Shown: positions 30,916 to 41,008, counted from the first letter of the stretch. The stretch is DNA of 64,000 bases from Oscillatoriales cyanobacterium M59_W2019_021 (GCA_015295945.1 DVED01000179.1:1272-65271), one strand, 5' to 3'. Made by a program: numbers and translations. The notes: generated by a model from the letters alone, not told the origin.

Positions 30916-33060
30916 ATGAAATACGCCGTTTTTCTCCAACATAGCGAAACCGATTGCGGGGCAGCTTGCCTGGGTGCGATCGCCAAACACTACGGACGAA
31001 CGCTGTCTCTGAACCGCATTCGCGAAGTGGTGGGGACGGGACAGCAGGGAACGACCTTGCTGGGACTCCAACGGGGGGCGACGGCACTGGGGTTCAACGC
31101 GCGTCCGGTGCGGGCGATGCCGGAAGTGCTCGATCGCTTGAATGAGATTACCCTTCCGGTGATTTTACATTGGAAGGGCAATCACTGGGTGGTGCTGTAC
31201 GGCTTGGATAAACGGCGTTACGCGATCGTCGATCCGGGGATTGGGTTGCGCTATTTGTCTCGCGCCGAGTTGGAGGAAGGCTGGACGGATTGGATTATGT
31301 TGTTGCTCGAACCCGATTCCATGCGGTTTCGGGAAGAGTCCCAGGATGTAACGCCGGGATGGGAGCGCTTTTGGCAGCCGATTTGGCGATCGCGAGTTCT
31401 CCTGAGTCAAGTCATTATCTTCAACTTGGCGATCGGTTTGTTGTCGGTGGCAACGCCATTTTTAATTCAATTTTTAACGGACGATGTATTAATTCGCGGG
31501 GATTTACACCTGCTCAACGGGATGATTCTCGCCGTCGTCCTCATGACCTTTTTTAGTAGCGGCTTGGCACTGATTCAATCCAATCTAACGGCTTACTTTT
31601 CTCAAAAACTCGAATTGGGATTGATGTTAGAATTCGGGCGAAAACTCCTCCATTTACCGCTCAAATATTTTGAAACGCGCCGCAGTGGGGAAATTGTCAG
31701 TCGCTTGCAGGATATTCGCGAGATCAATCAGTTCTTTTCTCGGATTGTAGTTAGTTTGCCGGGGCAAGTTTTTATCGCCTTTGTTTCGTTAGTTGTTATG
31801 CTGATTTACAGTCGATTGCTAACGGGAATCGCGATCGCCGTTGGTTTGCTGATGAGTTTATCTACCGCTCTTTTCCTCCCGGCACTGCAAAATAAAACGC
31901 GAAACTTGCTGGTTCTGGAAGCGGAAAATCATGGCATTCTCGTAGAAAACTTCAAAGGAGCAATTACCCTCAAAAGTTTAGCCGCACAACCGCAATTTTG
32001 GGAAGAGTTACAAGTGCGCTTCGGTCGGTTGGCAAACTTGGCATTTCGCACCTATCAAATTGGGTTTATTAACAATATTTTTTCGGGTTTTATCAGTGGA
32101 GTGGGGAACGTCATGCTGCTGTGGGTGGGTAGTTCGTTAGTCATTGGCGGCACGCTCAGTATCGGGCAACTTTTAGCGTTTACCACCCTCAATCGCAACG
32201 TTTCTACTTTAATTAGTTCCTTAATTGGGTTTGCCGATGAAATGGCGCGGGTGAAAACGGCAACCGGACGATTGACGGAAGTCATCGACCATCAATCGGA
32301 GGCGATCGAAGGGAAACCGAAACCGTCCGTTCGCTTTGCCGACGATGCTGATATTTTATGCGATAATCTTACCTTTCACTACCCCGGTCAAGTAGATTTG
32401 CTCGATCGCTTTTCCCTGAAAATTAAAGGGGGTTGGGTGTCGGCAATTATCGGCTCTTCCGGTTGCGGTAAAAGTACCCTAGCTAAGGTGATTTCGGGGT
32501 TATATTCGGCTGATTCCGGCAACATTCAAATTGGCGGATATAACATTGCCGATTTAGACCTGGATAATGTCCGACAGCAAGTGGTTTTAGTTCCCCAAGA
32601 TGCCCATTTTTGGAATCGATCGATCCTCGATAACTTTCGCTTAGCCAATCCCAGCGTAGGATTTGATGACATCGTGCGAGCCTGTCACCTGACCGGAGCC
32701 GATGAATTTATCAGCAAACTTCCCGATAAATATCAAACCATTTTAGGAGAATTTGGCGCGAATTTATCCGGCGGACAAAGACAGCGGTTAGCCATTGCTA
32801 GAGCGATCGTTGGCAATCCTCCCATTTTGATTTTAGATGAATCGACTTCCGGACTCGATCCGGCTAGTGAAACGCAGGTTTTGGAACGATTACTTCAGCA
32901 CCGTCGGGGGAAAACCACGCTCTTAATTTCCCATCGTCCTCGCGTCATTAATCGCGCCGATTGGATTATCGTTCTCGATCGCGGTCAGTTGGCACTGCAA
33001 GGTTCTCCGGAAGTGTTGCGCGAACAACCCGGTCCGCATTTAGATTTATTGGTTCCGTAG
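30916..33060 (+). CDS. peptidase-C39-domain ABC transporter (bacteriocin/double-glycine peptide exporter type)
   Basis: N-terminal ETDCGAACL catalytic Cys context; six-TM region; Walker A GSSGCGKST; LSGGQRQRLAIARA; ILILDE. Confidence 0.9.
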   Translation: MKYAVFLQHSETDCGAACLGAIAKHYGRTLSLNRIREVVGTGQQGTTLLGLQRGATALGFNARPVRAMPEVLDRLNEITLPVILHWKGNHWVVLYGLDKRRYAIVDPGIGLRYLSRAELEEGWTDWIMLLLEPDSMRFREESQDVTPGWERFWQPIWRSRVLLSQVIIFNLAIGLLSVATPFLIQFLTDDVLIRGDLHLLNGMILAVVLMTFFSSGLALIQSNLTAYFSQKLELGLMLEFGRKLLHLPLKYFETRRSGEIVSRLQDIREINQFFSRIVVSLPGQVFIAFVSLVVMLIYSRLLTGIAIAVGLLMSLSTALFLPALQNKTRNLLVLEAENHGILVENFKGAITLKSLAAQPQFWEELQVRFGRLANLAFRTYQIGFINNIFSGFISGVGNVMLLWVGSSLVIGGTLSIGQLLAFTTLNRNVSTLISSLIGFADEMARVKTATGRLTEVIDHQSEAIEGKPKPSVRFADDADILCDNLTFHYPGQVDLLDRFSLKIKGGWVSAIIGSSGCGKSTLAKVISGLYSADSGNIQIGGYNIADLDLDNVRQQVVLVPQDAHFWNRSILDNFRLANPSVGFDDIVRACHLTGADEFISKLPDKYQTILGEFGANLSGGQRQRLAIARAIVGNPPILILDESTSGLDPASETQVLERLLQHRRGKTTLLISHRPRVINRADWIIVLDRGQLALQGSPEVLREQPGPHLDLLVP

Positions 33061-33088
33061 CAGATATTTCGGAAGAGAAAAGCATTTT

Positions 33089-33117
33089 GGTGCGTTTCGT
33101 TCCTCAACACACCCTAC
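33089..33117 (-). repeat. copy B of the dispersed ~29-nt repeat
   Basis: Its reverse complement GTAGGGTGTGTTGAGGAACGAAACGCACC differs from 51643-51671 at one position. Confidence 0.6.
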
Positions 33118-33152
33118 CCATTACCAATTACCGATTACCAATAACTAATATC
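33118..33152. repeat. heptad array (5 units)
   Basis: CCCATTA CCAATTA CCGATTA CCAATAA CTAATAT. Overlaps the rhodanese stop codon. Confidence 0.6.
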
Positions 33153-33492
33153 TCGGAACCGATCGATCGACAACGATCGAGTAAGCATCGATGCCGCCTT
33201 CTACGTTATAAACCTTCGTAAAACCGCGACCGATCAACCACTGGCACATATGAGCCGATCGCATTCCATGATGGCAGAGAACGATGGTTTCCACATTGGG
33301 GTCGAAGCGATCGGTAATGCTGTCAACCCATTGTTCCGATTCGCTGAGCGGTAGGTTTTGAAACTCCCGAAGTGCGGCAATTTCGACTTCATGGGGTTCT
33401 CGTACGTCGATCAATTGGACGTTCTCCATATCCGGCGACGCCAGACGTGCGGCTAATTCTTCAACAGTGAGTTTGGCAAACGTTTCAGACAT
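33145..33492 (-). CDS. single-domain rhodanese-like sulfurtransferase
   Basis: Active-site loop CHHGMRS; 115 aa. Confidence 0.85.
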   Translation of the reverse strand: MSETFAKLTVEELAARLASPDMENVQLIDVREPHEVEIAALREFQNLPLSESEQWVDSITDRFDPNVETIVLCHHGMRSAHMCQWLIGRGFTKVYNVEGGIDAYSIVVDRSVPRY

Positions 33493-33741
33493 ATTGACAC
33501 AGACGAATTGCGATGGGTTGATTCGGGGATGGCTTCCCGATCGATTGTAAAGTATTTTAACGTCAGTTCGGGACTCGGACTTTTGGGTGAGGGCGGGTCA
33601 TGGGTGATGGCGATTTGGCGATTTGGCGAGGAAACCGCTTGCCAGATCCGCTCGACTTTTGCTAACTTCGCGGAATGCGGCGCGATCGTCGTGAGTGTAC
33701 TCCGAGTGCCATCCCAATCCCTGACGAAGAGGAGTGTAATT

Positions 33742-35625
33742 ATGTGCGGAATTGTCGGTTATATCGGCGTGAGAGCGGCTAGCGACATTTTGCTTGCCGG
33801 ACTGGAGAAACTAGAATATCGGGGGTACGACTCAGCGGGAATTGCCACGGTGCGCGACGGTGACGTACATTGCGTTCGCGCCAAAGGCAAACTGCACAAC
33901 CTGCGCGACAAAATGGCAGGCATCGAAAATCCCGCTCGATTAGGCATCGGACATACCCGCTGGGCAACCCACGGCAAACCGGAAGAATACAACGCTCACC
34001 CCCACATGGACGTTGCTCGACGGGTGGCGGTGGTGCAGAACGGCATCATCGAAAACTATCGAGAACTGCGCGAAGAACTCAAAAGCAAGGGACACGAATT
34101 TCGATCGGAAACGGACACCGAAGTCATTCCCCACTTAATCGCCGAATGTCTTACCAAACTTGGTGATTCTCCCTCCCCCTTTCTCGATGCCGTGCGCGAA
34201 GCCGTGAACCACCTGCAAGGCGCATTCGCCATTGCCGCGATTAATGCCGACTATCCCGACGAACTGATCGTCGCACGGCAGCAAGCTCCCTTAGCCATCG
34301 GTTTCGGGCAGGGCGAATTTTTCTGCGCCTCCGATACCCCGGCTTTAGTTCCCCATACCAACGCCGTGTTGAATTTGGAAAATGGGGAATTGGCAAAGCT
34401 CACCCCCCTCGGGATCGAAGTGTACAACTTTGCGGGCGATCGCCTCAAGAAACACCCCCGCACCCTGGACTGGAATCCCATCCAAGTGGAAAAACAGGGA
34501 TTCAAACACTTCATGCTCAAAGAAATTTACGAGCAACCGGGAGTGGTTCGCGCCTGTTTGGAAGCCTATCTCGACGAGAAATGGTCGGCGGCAGATACCA
34601 CTTCTCCCGTCAAGCTGGATTTGTCTTCCATCCTCGACGAGAATCTAGAACACGTCCAAATCCTGGCGTGCGGAACCAGTTGGCACGCGGCACTGGTGGG
34701 AAAATACCTGATCGAACAACTGGCGGAAATTCCGACGATGGTGCAGTACGCTTCGGAATTTCGCTACGCACCCGCACCGCTGACGGCAAACACCCTCACA
34801 GTCGGCGTCACCCAATCCGGGGAAACTGCCGATACCTTGGCGGCATTGGAGATGGAGAAAGAACGGCGCACCGGGAAACCTCCGGAGTTTCAACCGCGAT
34901 TGTTGGGGATTACCAACCGTCCCGAGTCTTCTTTGGGGTTGTTGGTTCCCCAAACCATCGACCTTCATGCGGGGATGGAAATCGGCGTGGCGGCAACCAA
35001 AACTTTTATTGCCCAGTTAATGGCATTTTACGCTTTAGCCTTAGAATTAGCCTATCGCCGGAAGACGATCGCCCCCATTCGCCTGGAAGAAATTATCGCT
35101 GGATTGCGCCAACTGCCGTCTCAAATCGAGCAAATTCTGGAAAGTCAGGAACGCTACATCGAAGAGTTAGCTCACGAATTTAGCGAAACCCAGGATTTCA
35201 TTTTCTTGGGGCGGGGAATTAACTTCCCCATCGCCTTAGAAGGGGCGCTGAAACTCAAAGAAATCAGCTATATCCATGCCGAAGGGTATCCGGCAGGGGA
35301 GATGAAACACGGACCGATCGCCCTGTTGGATGCTAAAGTTCCCGTGGTGGCGATCGCCATGCAAGGCAGCGTGTACGATAAGGTGTTATCCAACGCTCAA
35401 GAAGCCAAAGCCCGAGATTCGCGGTTAATCGGGGTGACGCCGATGGACGATCCCGAAGCCGAGGAAACCTTCGACGATTTGCTTCCCGTTCCCCCCGTGG
35501 AAGAGTTGCTGTCCCCCATTTTGGCGGTGATTCCCTTGCAGTTACTCGCCTACCACATCGCCGCACGGCGGGGGTTGGACGTGGATCAACCTCGGAACTT
35601 AGCGAAGTCCGTGACGGTGGAGTGA
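33742..35625 (+). CDS. glmS: glutamine--fructose-6-phosphate aminotransferase (isomerising)
   Basis: Starts MCGIVGYIG (Ntn Cys2) at 33742. Two SIS domains. Ends KSVTVE. The 78 codons upstream in the ORF track are not homologous. Confidence 0.95.
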   Translation: MCGIVGYIGVRAASDILLAGLEKLEYRGYDSAGIATVRDGDVHCVRAKGKLHNLRDKMAGIENPARLGIGHTRWATHGKPEEYNAHPHMDVARRVAVVQNGIIENYRELREELKSKGHEFRSETDTEVIPHLIAECLTKLGDSPSPFLDAVREAVNHLQGAFAIAAINADYPDELIVARQQAPLAIGFGQGEFFCASDTPALVPHTNAVLNLENGELAKLTPLGIEVYNFAGDRLKKHPRTLDWNPIQVEKQGFKHFMLKEIYEQPGVVRACLEAYLDEKWSAADTTSPVKLDLSSILDENLEHVQILACGTSWHAALVGKYLIEQLAEIPTMVQYASEFRYAPAPLTANTLTVGVTQSGETADTLAALEMEKERRTGKPPEFQPRLLGITNRPESSLGLLVPQTIDLHAGMEIGVAATKTFIAQLMAFYALALELAYRRKTIAPIRLEEIIAGLRQLPSQIEQILESQERYIEELAHEFSETQDFIFLGRGINFPIALEGALKLKEISYIHAEGYPAGEMKHGPIALLDAKVPVVAIAMQGSVYDKVLSNAQEAKARDSRLIGVTPMDDPEAEETFDDLLPVPPVEELLSPILAVIPLQLLAYHIAARRGLDVDQPRNLAKSVTVE

Positions 35626-35712
35626 GATGGGTCGGAAGTTCGATCGACAATAGATCCGTTCGTCGGGGCGCAAGGCTTGCATCCTGGATTTGTAGCCCTT
35701 TCATCGATCGCC

Positions 35713-36375
35713 TCAATTGCAGGGTTTCGGGGGCGGAATTTCCGGCAATTGGGGGCGATCGCCCTGGTAAAATGGTGGGGGTTGAATCAGGAGGACGGAC
35801 ATCGCCATCCAAGCGGTTTCCAACAGCCAACCGCCGATGATGTCGCTGGGATAGTGAACGCCTAAATACAGACGAGTCCAACCGATCGCCAATACGAACG
35901 CCCCACCGCCGACGATCGCCAAAGGACGCCAGCGACTTTGCCAAGTCAGCATGACGATCGCGATCACCAGCGCCAAACTCGCCATCGAGTGTCCGCTGGG
36001 AAACGAGTATTCGCGCATCCAAGGAACGTCCTCCCATAAGTGAGGGCGAACTCGATGGAAGAACAGCTTAGCCACGAAGTTGAGAACTGCCGTTCCCATG
36101 AAGGCAATTTCCACGTAAAGAACCGATCGCCATTTGCCCCGATAGGCTAGCAATCCCACCATCACCAAAGCGGCAGGCAGCACCCCCCACCAAATACCCA
36201 ACGGCGTGAAACCCGTTACCAGGCGATCGAGCCAAGGTCGATGGGTCGTGCGTACCGCTTGTAGAATGGCAACATCCCACCACAGTCCTTGCCGATGCTG
36301 GCAAACCAGCCATGCCAGTCCCGCAAACGCCGCCAGAGGCAGACAGAATCCCAGAATCGATCGAAAACGCTTCAC
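35713..36375 (-). CDS. PAP2-family phosphatase (membrane)
   Basis: KxxxxxxRP (FHRVRP), PSGHS, TRLYLGVHYPSD. GTG start lies directly after the upstream gene's TAATAA. Confidence 0.8.
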   Translation of the reverse strand: MKRFRSILGFCLPLAAFAGLAWLVCQHRQGLWWDVAILQAVRTTHRPWLDRLVTGFTPLGIWWGVLPAALVMVGLLAYRGKWRSVLYVEIAFMGTAVLNFVAKLFFHRVRPHLWEDVPWMREYSFPSGHSMASLALVIAIVMLTWQSRWRPLAIVGGGAFVLAIGWTRLYLGVHYPSDIIGGWLLETAWMAMSVLLIQPPPFYQGDRPQLPEIPPPKPCN

Positions 36376-36378
36376 TTA

Positions 36379-38328
36379 TTACTTATTACTTAAAACAAAT
36401 ACCCAATCTTGCCGATCGCTCGGTGTCAAAGTCACCGTACCGCCTCCCGTGACATCCCCTTGGGGGGTTTTCGTTCCCGATCGCGGATCGAACAGTTGGA
36501 CGGTATAGGTTCCCGCTTCCCTGACTTGCAAAGACAACGGGCGATCGGTATTGCGGACGTAAACCACGTACTGCCGTCCCGGTTCCGCCAACACGTACCC
36601 CGTTCCCCGAGTTTCCAGCAACCGATCGTCCGGTTCCAACTTCCACCATTCCAAACTGGTAAACAATCCGGGAAGATGCTGCACCTGTGCTTCCCAGTCG
36701 TCGTTTTTCGGCGCATCCACGTTGAAGACATCGGGATCGCGGCGACCGCCGAAGTAGGTGGTTCCCCAACCCGTCACCAAATAGCCCCCCGCCATGACGA
36801 TATCCCAAGAAGCGTGGCGGATTTCCTCTAGGGTTTTGCTGTTGGGTTTGTCTACGCGACCGTCGCCGTTTTGGTCGCGCAGGTAGTAGGCGTATTCTGA
36901 ATTGACGACGGGTTTGTTCCGATTTCGCGCTTCCAAAATGCGATCGTGCAACTTGCTATAATTTTGTTGGTAATCGCCAAAAGACATCCAATCTTCCGGT
37001 GCGAATTGTTTGACGGAAAACGCTAATTCTCCGGGGTGAATGGCGATGAGGCGATCGTGCGGGTCGTTGCGGACGACGACGCTAGCTAAATCTCGGTATA
37101 AGGATGCCTCGGCGAATTCGTTCCATTCCGCCCCCACGTTAAAGGCGACATTATAGGCACTGTAACGGGCGACGATATACCGGGCGTAACGCTGCCTGGC
37201 CTCGTTGTCGGGAAATCCTTCCCAATCCCCCACTTTGCCATCTTTGCCCCACGCCAAAATTAACATAGCGGTAATGCCCCGGCGGTTGAGAGATTCGATG
37301 CGAGAATCCACTTCTTGCCAAAAAGCGGGGTTAATCGTTTCCGCTTCAAAGCTGTCGAACGCTTTACCCCCTTCGTTGGCTTCTGTGGAGAGTAAGTTGG
37401 CGTGAATGTAGTTAAACCCTTGGGAGGCGCGAACGTCTAGGTAATGTTCGATCGCCTGCCGATCTAAGTTTTCTTGGGGGTCGATGCCGAACAGATTCCA
37501 GTTGGTATCGCCGAAAAACCAGAAGGGGGTTCCGTCTTGGGTTTCAAAGTGGTAGGGATAGCGATCGATCGCCCGAATTCCCCCGCGATTGTTCGAGGCA
37601 ACCACTGCAAACGTGCCGGATTGCCCGTTGAGTCCGGCATCCGTGGAACTCACCAACCACTGCCAGTTGCCTTCTACATCCGGCGAAACCCGCATCCGCC
37701 AGGTGGTGTCCCCATCCCAAAACAGGGGAATGGTGAGGATTTGACCGTCAGGACGGGTGAGGGTTGCCGTGGCGGTGACGTCGGTGTAGGGGTTGGCGTA
37801 GGAACCCGTGTGGGTAAAGGCGCGATCGAACACACCCAAAGCCGGAACGCGGACATCGCCTTTTTGGGTGACGACAATCTGCACCTCGTCTTCTGTCGCC
37901 ATCTCGCCATCGTTCGCTGTCAGCTTGAGGGTATACGTGCCTTCGGTGGGGAAACGCGCCGTTGGAGTAGCGGTTTTCTCATTTTCTAAGACTGCCTTAC
38001 CCGGTCCGCTAATTTGCGTCCAGTCGATCGCCACCGATGGCGTCAGACCGTCGTCGCTGACCGTTCCCAGTAATTGAACCGGGGTATTGGGTTTCACCGT
38101 CAGATCTGCACCCGCGCGCGCGACGGGGGCAGCATTGGGCGGTTGGACGATCGGTCGTACCTTGTCTTCCTTGGGTTCGCGACAGCCAAACGCCGCGCCA
38201 GAAAACAGGACGAGAGCGATCGCCAAGCAACTCCTCTGGAGTATCGCCCGCAGTCGGGGAAAATTGATTTGAGATTGGTTAGATATACTCACGATGGAAA
38301 TATAGATGGAGAATCTCGCTAATCGCAA
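36379..38328 (-). CDS. secreted/lipoprotein glycoside-hydrolase-like protein (PKD/Ig-like + DUF5060 + DUF4038 architecture)
   Basis: Lipobox-like LFSGAAFGC; PKD-like VARAGADLTV...; DGTPFWFFGDTNWNLF and ILAWGKD motifs resemble DUF4038/GH140-like domains. Confidence 0.65.
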   Translation of the reverse strand: MRLARFSIYISIVSISNQSQINFPRLRAILQRSCLAIALVLFSGAAFGCREPKEDKVRPIVQPPNAAPVARAGADLTVKPNTPVQLLGTVSDDGLTPSVAIDWTQISGPGKAVLENEKTATPTARFPTEGTYTLKLTANDGEMATEDEVQIVVTQKGDVRVPALGVFDRAFTHTGSYANPYTDVTATATLTRPDGQILTIPLFWDGDTTWRMRVSPDVEGNWQWLVSSTDAGLNGQSGTFAVVASNNRGGIRAIDRYPYHFETQDGTPFWFFGDTNWNLFGIDPQENLDRQAIEHYLDVRASQGFNYIHANLLSTEANEGGKAFDSFEAETINPAFWQEVDSRIESLNRRGITAMLILAWGKDGKVGDWEGFPDNEARQRYARYIVARYSAYNVAFNVGAEWNEFAEASLYRDLASVVVRNDPHDRLIAIHPGELAFSVKQFAPEDWMSFGDYQQNYSKLHDRILEARNRNKPVVNSEYAYYLRDQNGDGRVDKPNSKTLEEIRHASWDIVMAGGYLVTGWGTTYFGGRRDPDVFNVDAPKNDDWEAQVQHLPGLFTSLEWWKLEPDDRLLETRGTGYVLAEPGRQYVVYVRNTDRPLSLQVREAGTYTVQLFDPRSGTKTPQGDVTGGGTVTLTPSDRQDWVFVLSNK

Positions 38329-38402
38329 TAGTCAGGGGTGGGAGAAGGGGTTGGGGACGAGAGGGCAAAATTCACGTCTCTCACCGGTTTTGAAAATAGG
38401 GT

Positions 38403-38765
38403 ATGACCGTCCTGGCTAATGCCATAACAGTTAAGGTAACAAAGATTTCAATTCAGGGTTCTTCAGTCCATTTTAATGGAGTTGAGCATCCCCCCCAGTC
38501 GAACCCCCACGACAACACTTCAATCTCCCCCTGCCAGAATCAACCGTACTGCATCGTCATTCCACCGCCGAATGTCACGGGTAGCTTGCATATGGGTCAC
38601 GCCTTCGACAAGACCCTCATCGACGTACTGGTGCGCTACCATCGGATGACGGGACGCAACGCGCTGTATCTCCCCGGAACCGATCGCGCCAGCATTGCCT
38701 TCGCGTGATGGTAGAACGGGAGTTGAAACAGGAAAACACCACCTGCTACGATTTGGGACGAGATT
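38403..38765 (+). pseudogene. decayed duplicate of the valS 5' region
   Basis: 38542-38699 aligns ungapped to 43843-44000 (158 nt, 6 mismatches by hand count) and encodes [19 protein letters not shown]...GTDRASIA. A 1-nt indel after 38699 breaks the frame. Weaker similarity runs to about 38765 and back to TCCCCCCCAGT (38489-38499 vs 43748-43758). Confidence 0.8.
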
Positions 38766-39001
38766 AAACGGACAATTCTTGTCTACTCGATCGCTAATAG
38801 TCCCGAAAAACTCAGCACTTTTTCCGACCAAATCTTCGCGCGATCGGTTCAAGTATAGCACGCTCTTAATTTAAGGACATCTCGATTAATTGAACTTTTG
38901 GCAGTTTTTGACGGCTGAAACGTCGAGGATTCGTTCTGATTGGGTTCGGAATTGGAATTTTTCGAGGTTCCCTTAAATTATTGTGTCTTCGATCGAGAGA
39001 A

Positions 39002-40357
39002 TCACAAATACGCTTTGACATACTGCCTCAAGACCCGAGATACATCGTAACAACTTCCCGATTTTTCGATTAAACTTCGCCGAGATAAAGATTGCAAAGC
39101 GTTGAGAAAATCTACAGATGGCATTATTCCAAATTCTAACAGTTTTGCCAGGTTGATAGGTGCGCTTTCTTTGGCTAAGATGGAAAGGACTTGCTTCTCG
39201 ATTGGAGATAAACGACTCACTTGCTCTTGTAAACTATCTTTCAAGTCTTCTGGTAAAAGTATCGTATCGTCGGGTAAGACCTCCGTTACAGTAATTCCCA
39301 ACTCTCGAACTAAAGTTGCTACACTCTTTAACCAAAATGGATTTCCTTGATAGCAACGGACGATCGCTTCCCAGTTTTCAATTTCTGCTAACCCATAACC
39401 TTTGAGTATATCTCGTCCTGCCGCCAAGTCTAAACCCTGAAGCTGTAAAATGTAGATAGGAACATTCGATCTTCTAACTTCAGCAACTTCTCTGGGATGT
39501 TCCCACCCAATGACCAGAAAGCAACTTTGATGAGATAGTTGTTCGATCTGTTTGAAGAAAGCACGATAGTTTTCGTACTCGGGTTTATACTTTCCTGCCA
39601 ATTCCCCATGACTAAAGAAGTTATGAATATCGTCTATAACTATCAAACATCGATGCTTTTGTATATATTTTATGAGGGGTAAAGGTTTTGGGTTTGTTTC
39701 TGTTGAATCGGGATTTTCAGGTTGCAAGAAAAACTGAATGAGTCGATGTTGCAATTCGTCTAGGGTGTAGGGTTCGTCGAGATTGCACCAAATGACATAT
39801 TCAAACTCATCTTTGATTTGTTGTACGAGTTGTACGGCGAGCGTGGTTTTGCCGATACCGCCGATACCTGTGAGTGCGACGATGCGGGTGTGGTGTTGTA
39901 ATATCCAGGTGGTGAGGGTTTCGAGTTGGGAGGTGCGATTATAAAATGCACCCAACTCCGGCATCTCGCTTAAATCTTGATGGGATATTTCTGGATTAGG
40001 TGAATGTGAGTTGGGTGTATCTGGGGGATGTCTAGGTTTTCCACAGATATTGAAACTGCCACTGACGACTACATCCTGTGCAAAAGTTAAAACATTAGAG
40101 TTTTGCAATCTCTCCATTGTCGATCTAATATTCGACTTACTGATTTTTTCTCCCAACTCTTCTGACAGTATCCGCCATAACTTCGATCCAACATCCCTGA
40201 CATAGCTTTCATTAGAGTGACTCTCTTCAGCAATTTGGGAGTATTTCTCACCTTGCAACGTTCCCCGAAGAATTGCCTCTTGTAAGTCATCAAGGTGTTC
40301 GCCTGTCTTGGCAAATACGATCTCATCAGCCATTTGCAATACTTCCTTAAGATTCAT
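39002..40357 (-). CDS. NB-ARC/STAND P-loop NTPase with N-terminal HTH-like module and C-terminal winged helix, lacking any repeat sensor domain
   Basis: N-terminus LDDLQEAILRGTLQGEKYSQIAEESHSNESYVRDVGSKLWRILSEELGEKISKSNIRSTMERL. P-loop GIGGIGKTTLA; Walker B CLIVIDDIH; GLPL-like QGNPFWL. The ORF ends after the WH-like region, at 451 aa. Confidence 0.8.
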   Translation of the reverse strand: MNLKEVLQMADEIVFAKTGEHLDDLQEAILRGTLQGEKYSQIAEESHSNESYVRDVGSKLWRILSEELGEKISKSNIRSTMERLQNSNVLTFAQDVVVSGSFNICGKPRHPPDTPNSHSPNPEISHQDLSEMPELGAFYNRTSQLETLTTWILQHHTRIVALTGIGGIGKTTLAVQLVQQIKDEFEYVIWCNLDEPYTLDELQHRLIQFFLQPENPDSTETNPKPLPLIKYIQKHRCLIVIDDIHNFFSHGELAGKYKPEYENYRAFFKQIEQLSHQSCFLVIGWEHPREVAEVRRSNVPIYILQLQGLDLAAGRDILKGYGLAEIENWEAIVRCYQGNPFWLKSVATLVRELGITVTEVLPDDTILLPEDLKDSLQEQVSRLSPIEKQVLSILAKESAPINLAKLLEFGIMPSVDFLNALQSLSRRSLIEKSGSCYDVSRVLRQYVKAYL

Positions 40358-40405
40358 ACCAGCATTCCGGACTTTTTGTTTTGCGTATTATAACTCGCTT
40401 TTTCT

Positions 40406-40439
40406 AGCATTTTCTAACTTTTTTTCAGCATTTTCTTAC
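40406..40439. promoter_or_regulatory. direct repeat AGCATTTTCT(A/T)AC x2 in the divergent promoter region (candidate operator)
   Basis: 40406-40418 and 40427-40439, spaced 21 nt start to start, between the STAND gene (start 40357) and the 40568 gene. Confidence 0.25.
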
Positions 40440-40567
40440 AATTTACCAGTCAAAAGAACAAAATCACCAACACGATCGAACATTTTTAGAGTAGGCAAAC
40501 CTTGGATTTTGAAGGATAATGTAAGAAGTGTTATGACTGTAGAGTTTAGTGGGTCAAAGAAAAACAA

Positions 40568-41008
40568 ATGGCAATTGACAAAGATTTGTTTTCATCTGGC
40601 AACTTTCAATCAACAATTCAAAGATACTGTAATGAAGTTGGCTGGAGAATTGCAGAAATTAATTCTAATCGCGCAATCATAAAGTTCAACATGAATTCAG
40701 GAAGCACACAAACAGTTTTTATTTTACGCTATGACACAACTTTAGAAATTTCTTGTCCCAGTGGATTAAAATTTTCTGATTTCGACCGAATACCTCATCA
40801 ACTTTCTTCTTATCTTCTCAAAGAAAATAGTAAATATAAAATTGGATTTTGGTGCATTGAACCTCTCAATAACATGGAAGTTTTTTCAATAATGCACAAT
40901 GCTGAAATTAGTTTGATGAACACTAATTACTTTGTTCGTATTATTCAAACTTTAATTTCTAAATGTGATGAGTTTGAGCGAGCAGCAGAACGTGCAATTC
41001 ATGGATAA
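40568..41008 (+). CDS. hypothetical protein (146 aa); tentatively YbjN/type-III-chaperone-like
   Basis: Clean ATG ORF. The alternating beta/alpha pattern (AIIKFNMNSGSTQTVFILRYDTTLEISCPS...) is only weakly reminiscent of YbjN-like folds. Confidence 0.5.
   Translation: MAIDKDLFSSGNFQSTIQRYCNEVGWRIAEINSNRAIIKFNMNSGSTQTVFILRYDTTLEISCPSGLKFSDFDRIPHQLSSYLLKENSKYKIGFWCIEPLNNMEVFSIMHNAEISLMNTNYFVRIIQTLISKCDEFERAAERAIHG

Noticed and set aside
33508-33741. 78-codon N-terminal extension of glmS in the ORF track
   Set aside because: GlmS requires Cys as residue 2 after Met removal. MCGIVGY begins at 33742 and the upstream peptide has no homology-like features.
33493-33741. Possible glmS ribozyme or riboswitch in the 250-nt leader
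   Set aside because: I could not recognise the conserved glmS ribozyme core. That element is characteristic of Gram-positive bacteria, not cyanobacteria. A covariance-model scan (Rfam RF00234) would settle it.
38403-38708. 101-aa ORF as a genuine small gene
   Set aside because: Its conserved part is a near-copy of valS codons 38-89. It is frame-broken relative to valS just after and lacks the rest of the synthetase, so it is treated as a pseudogene fragment.
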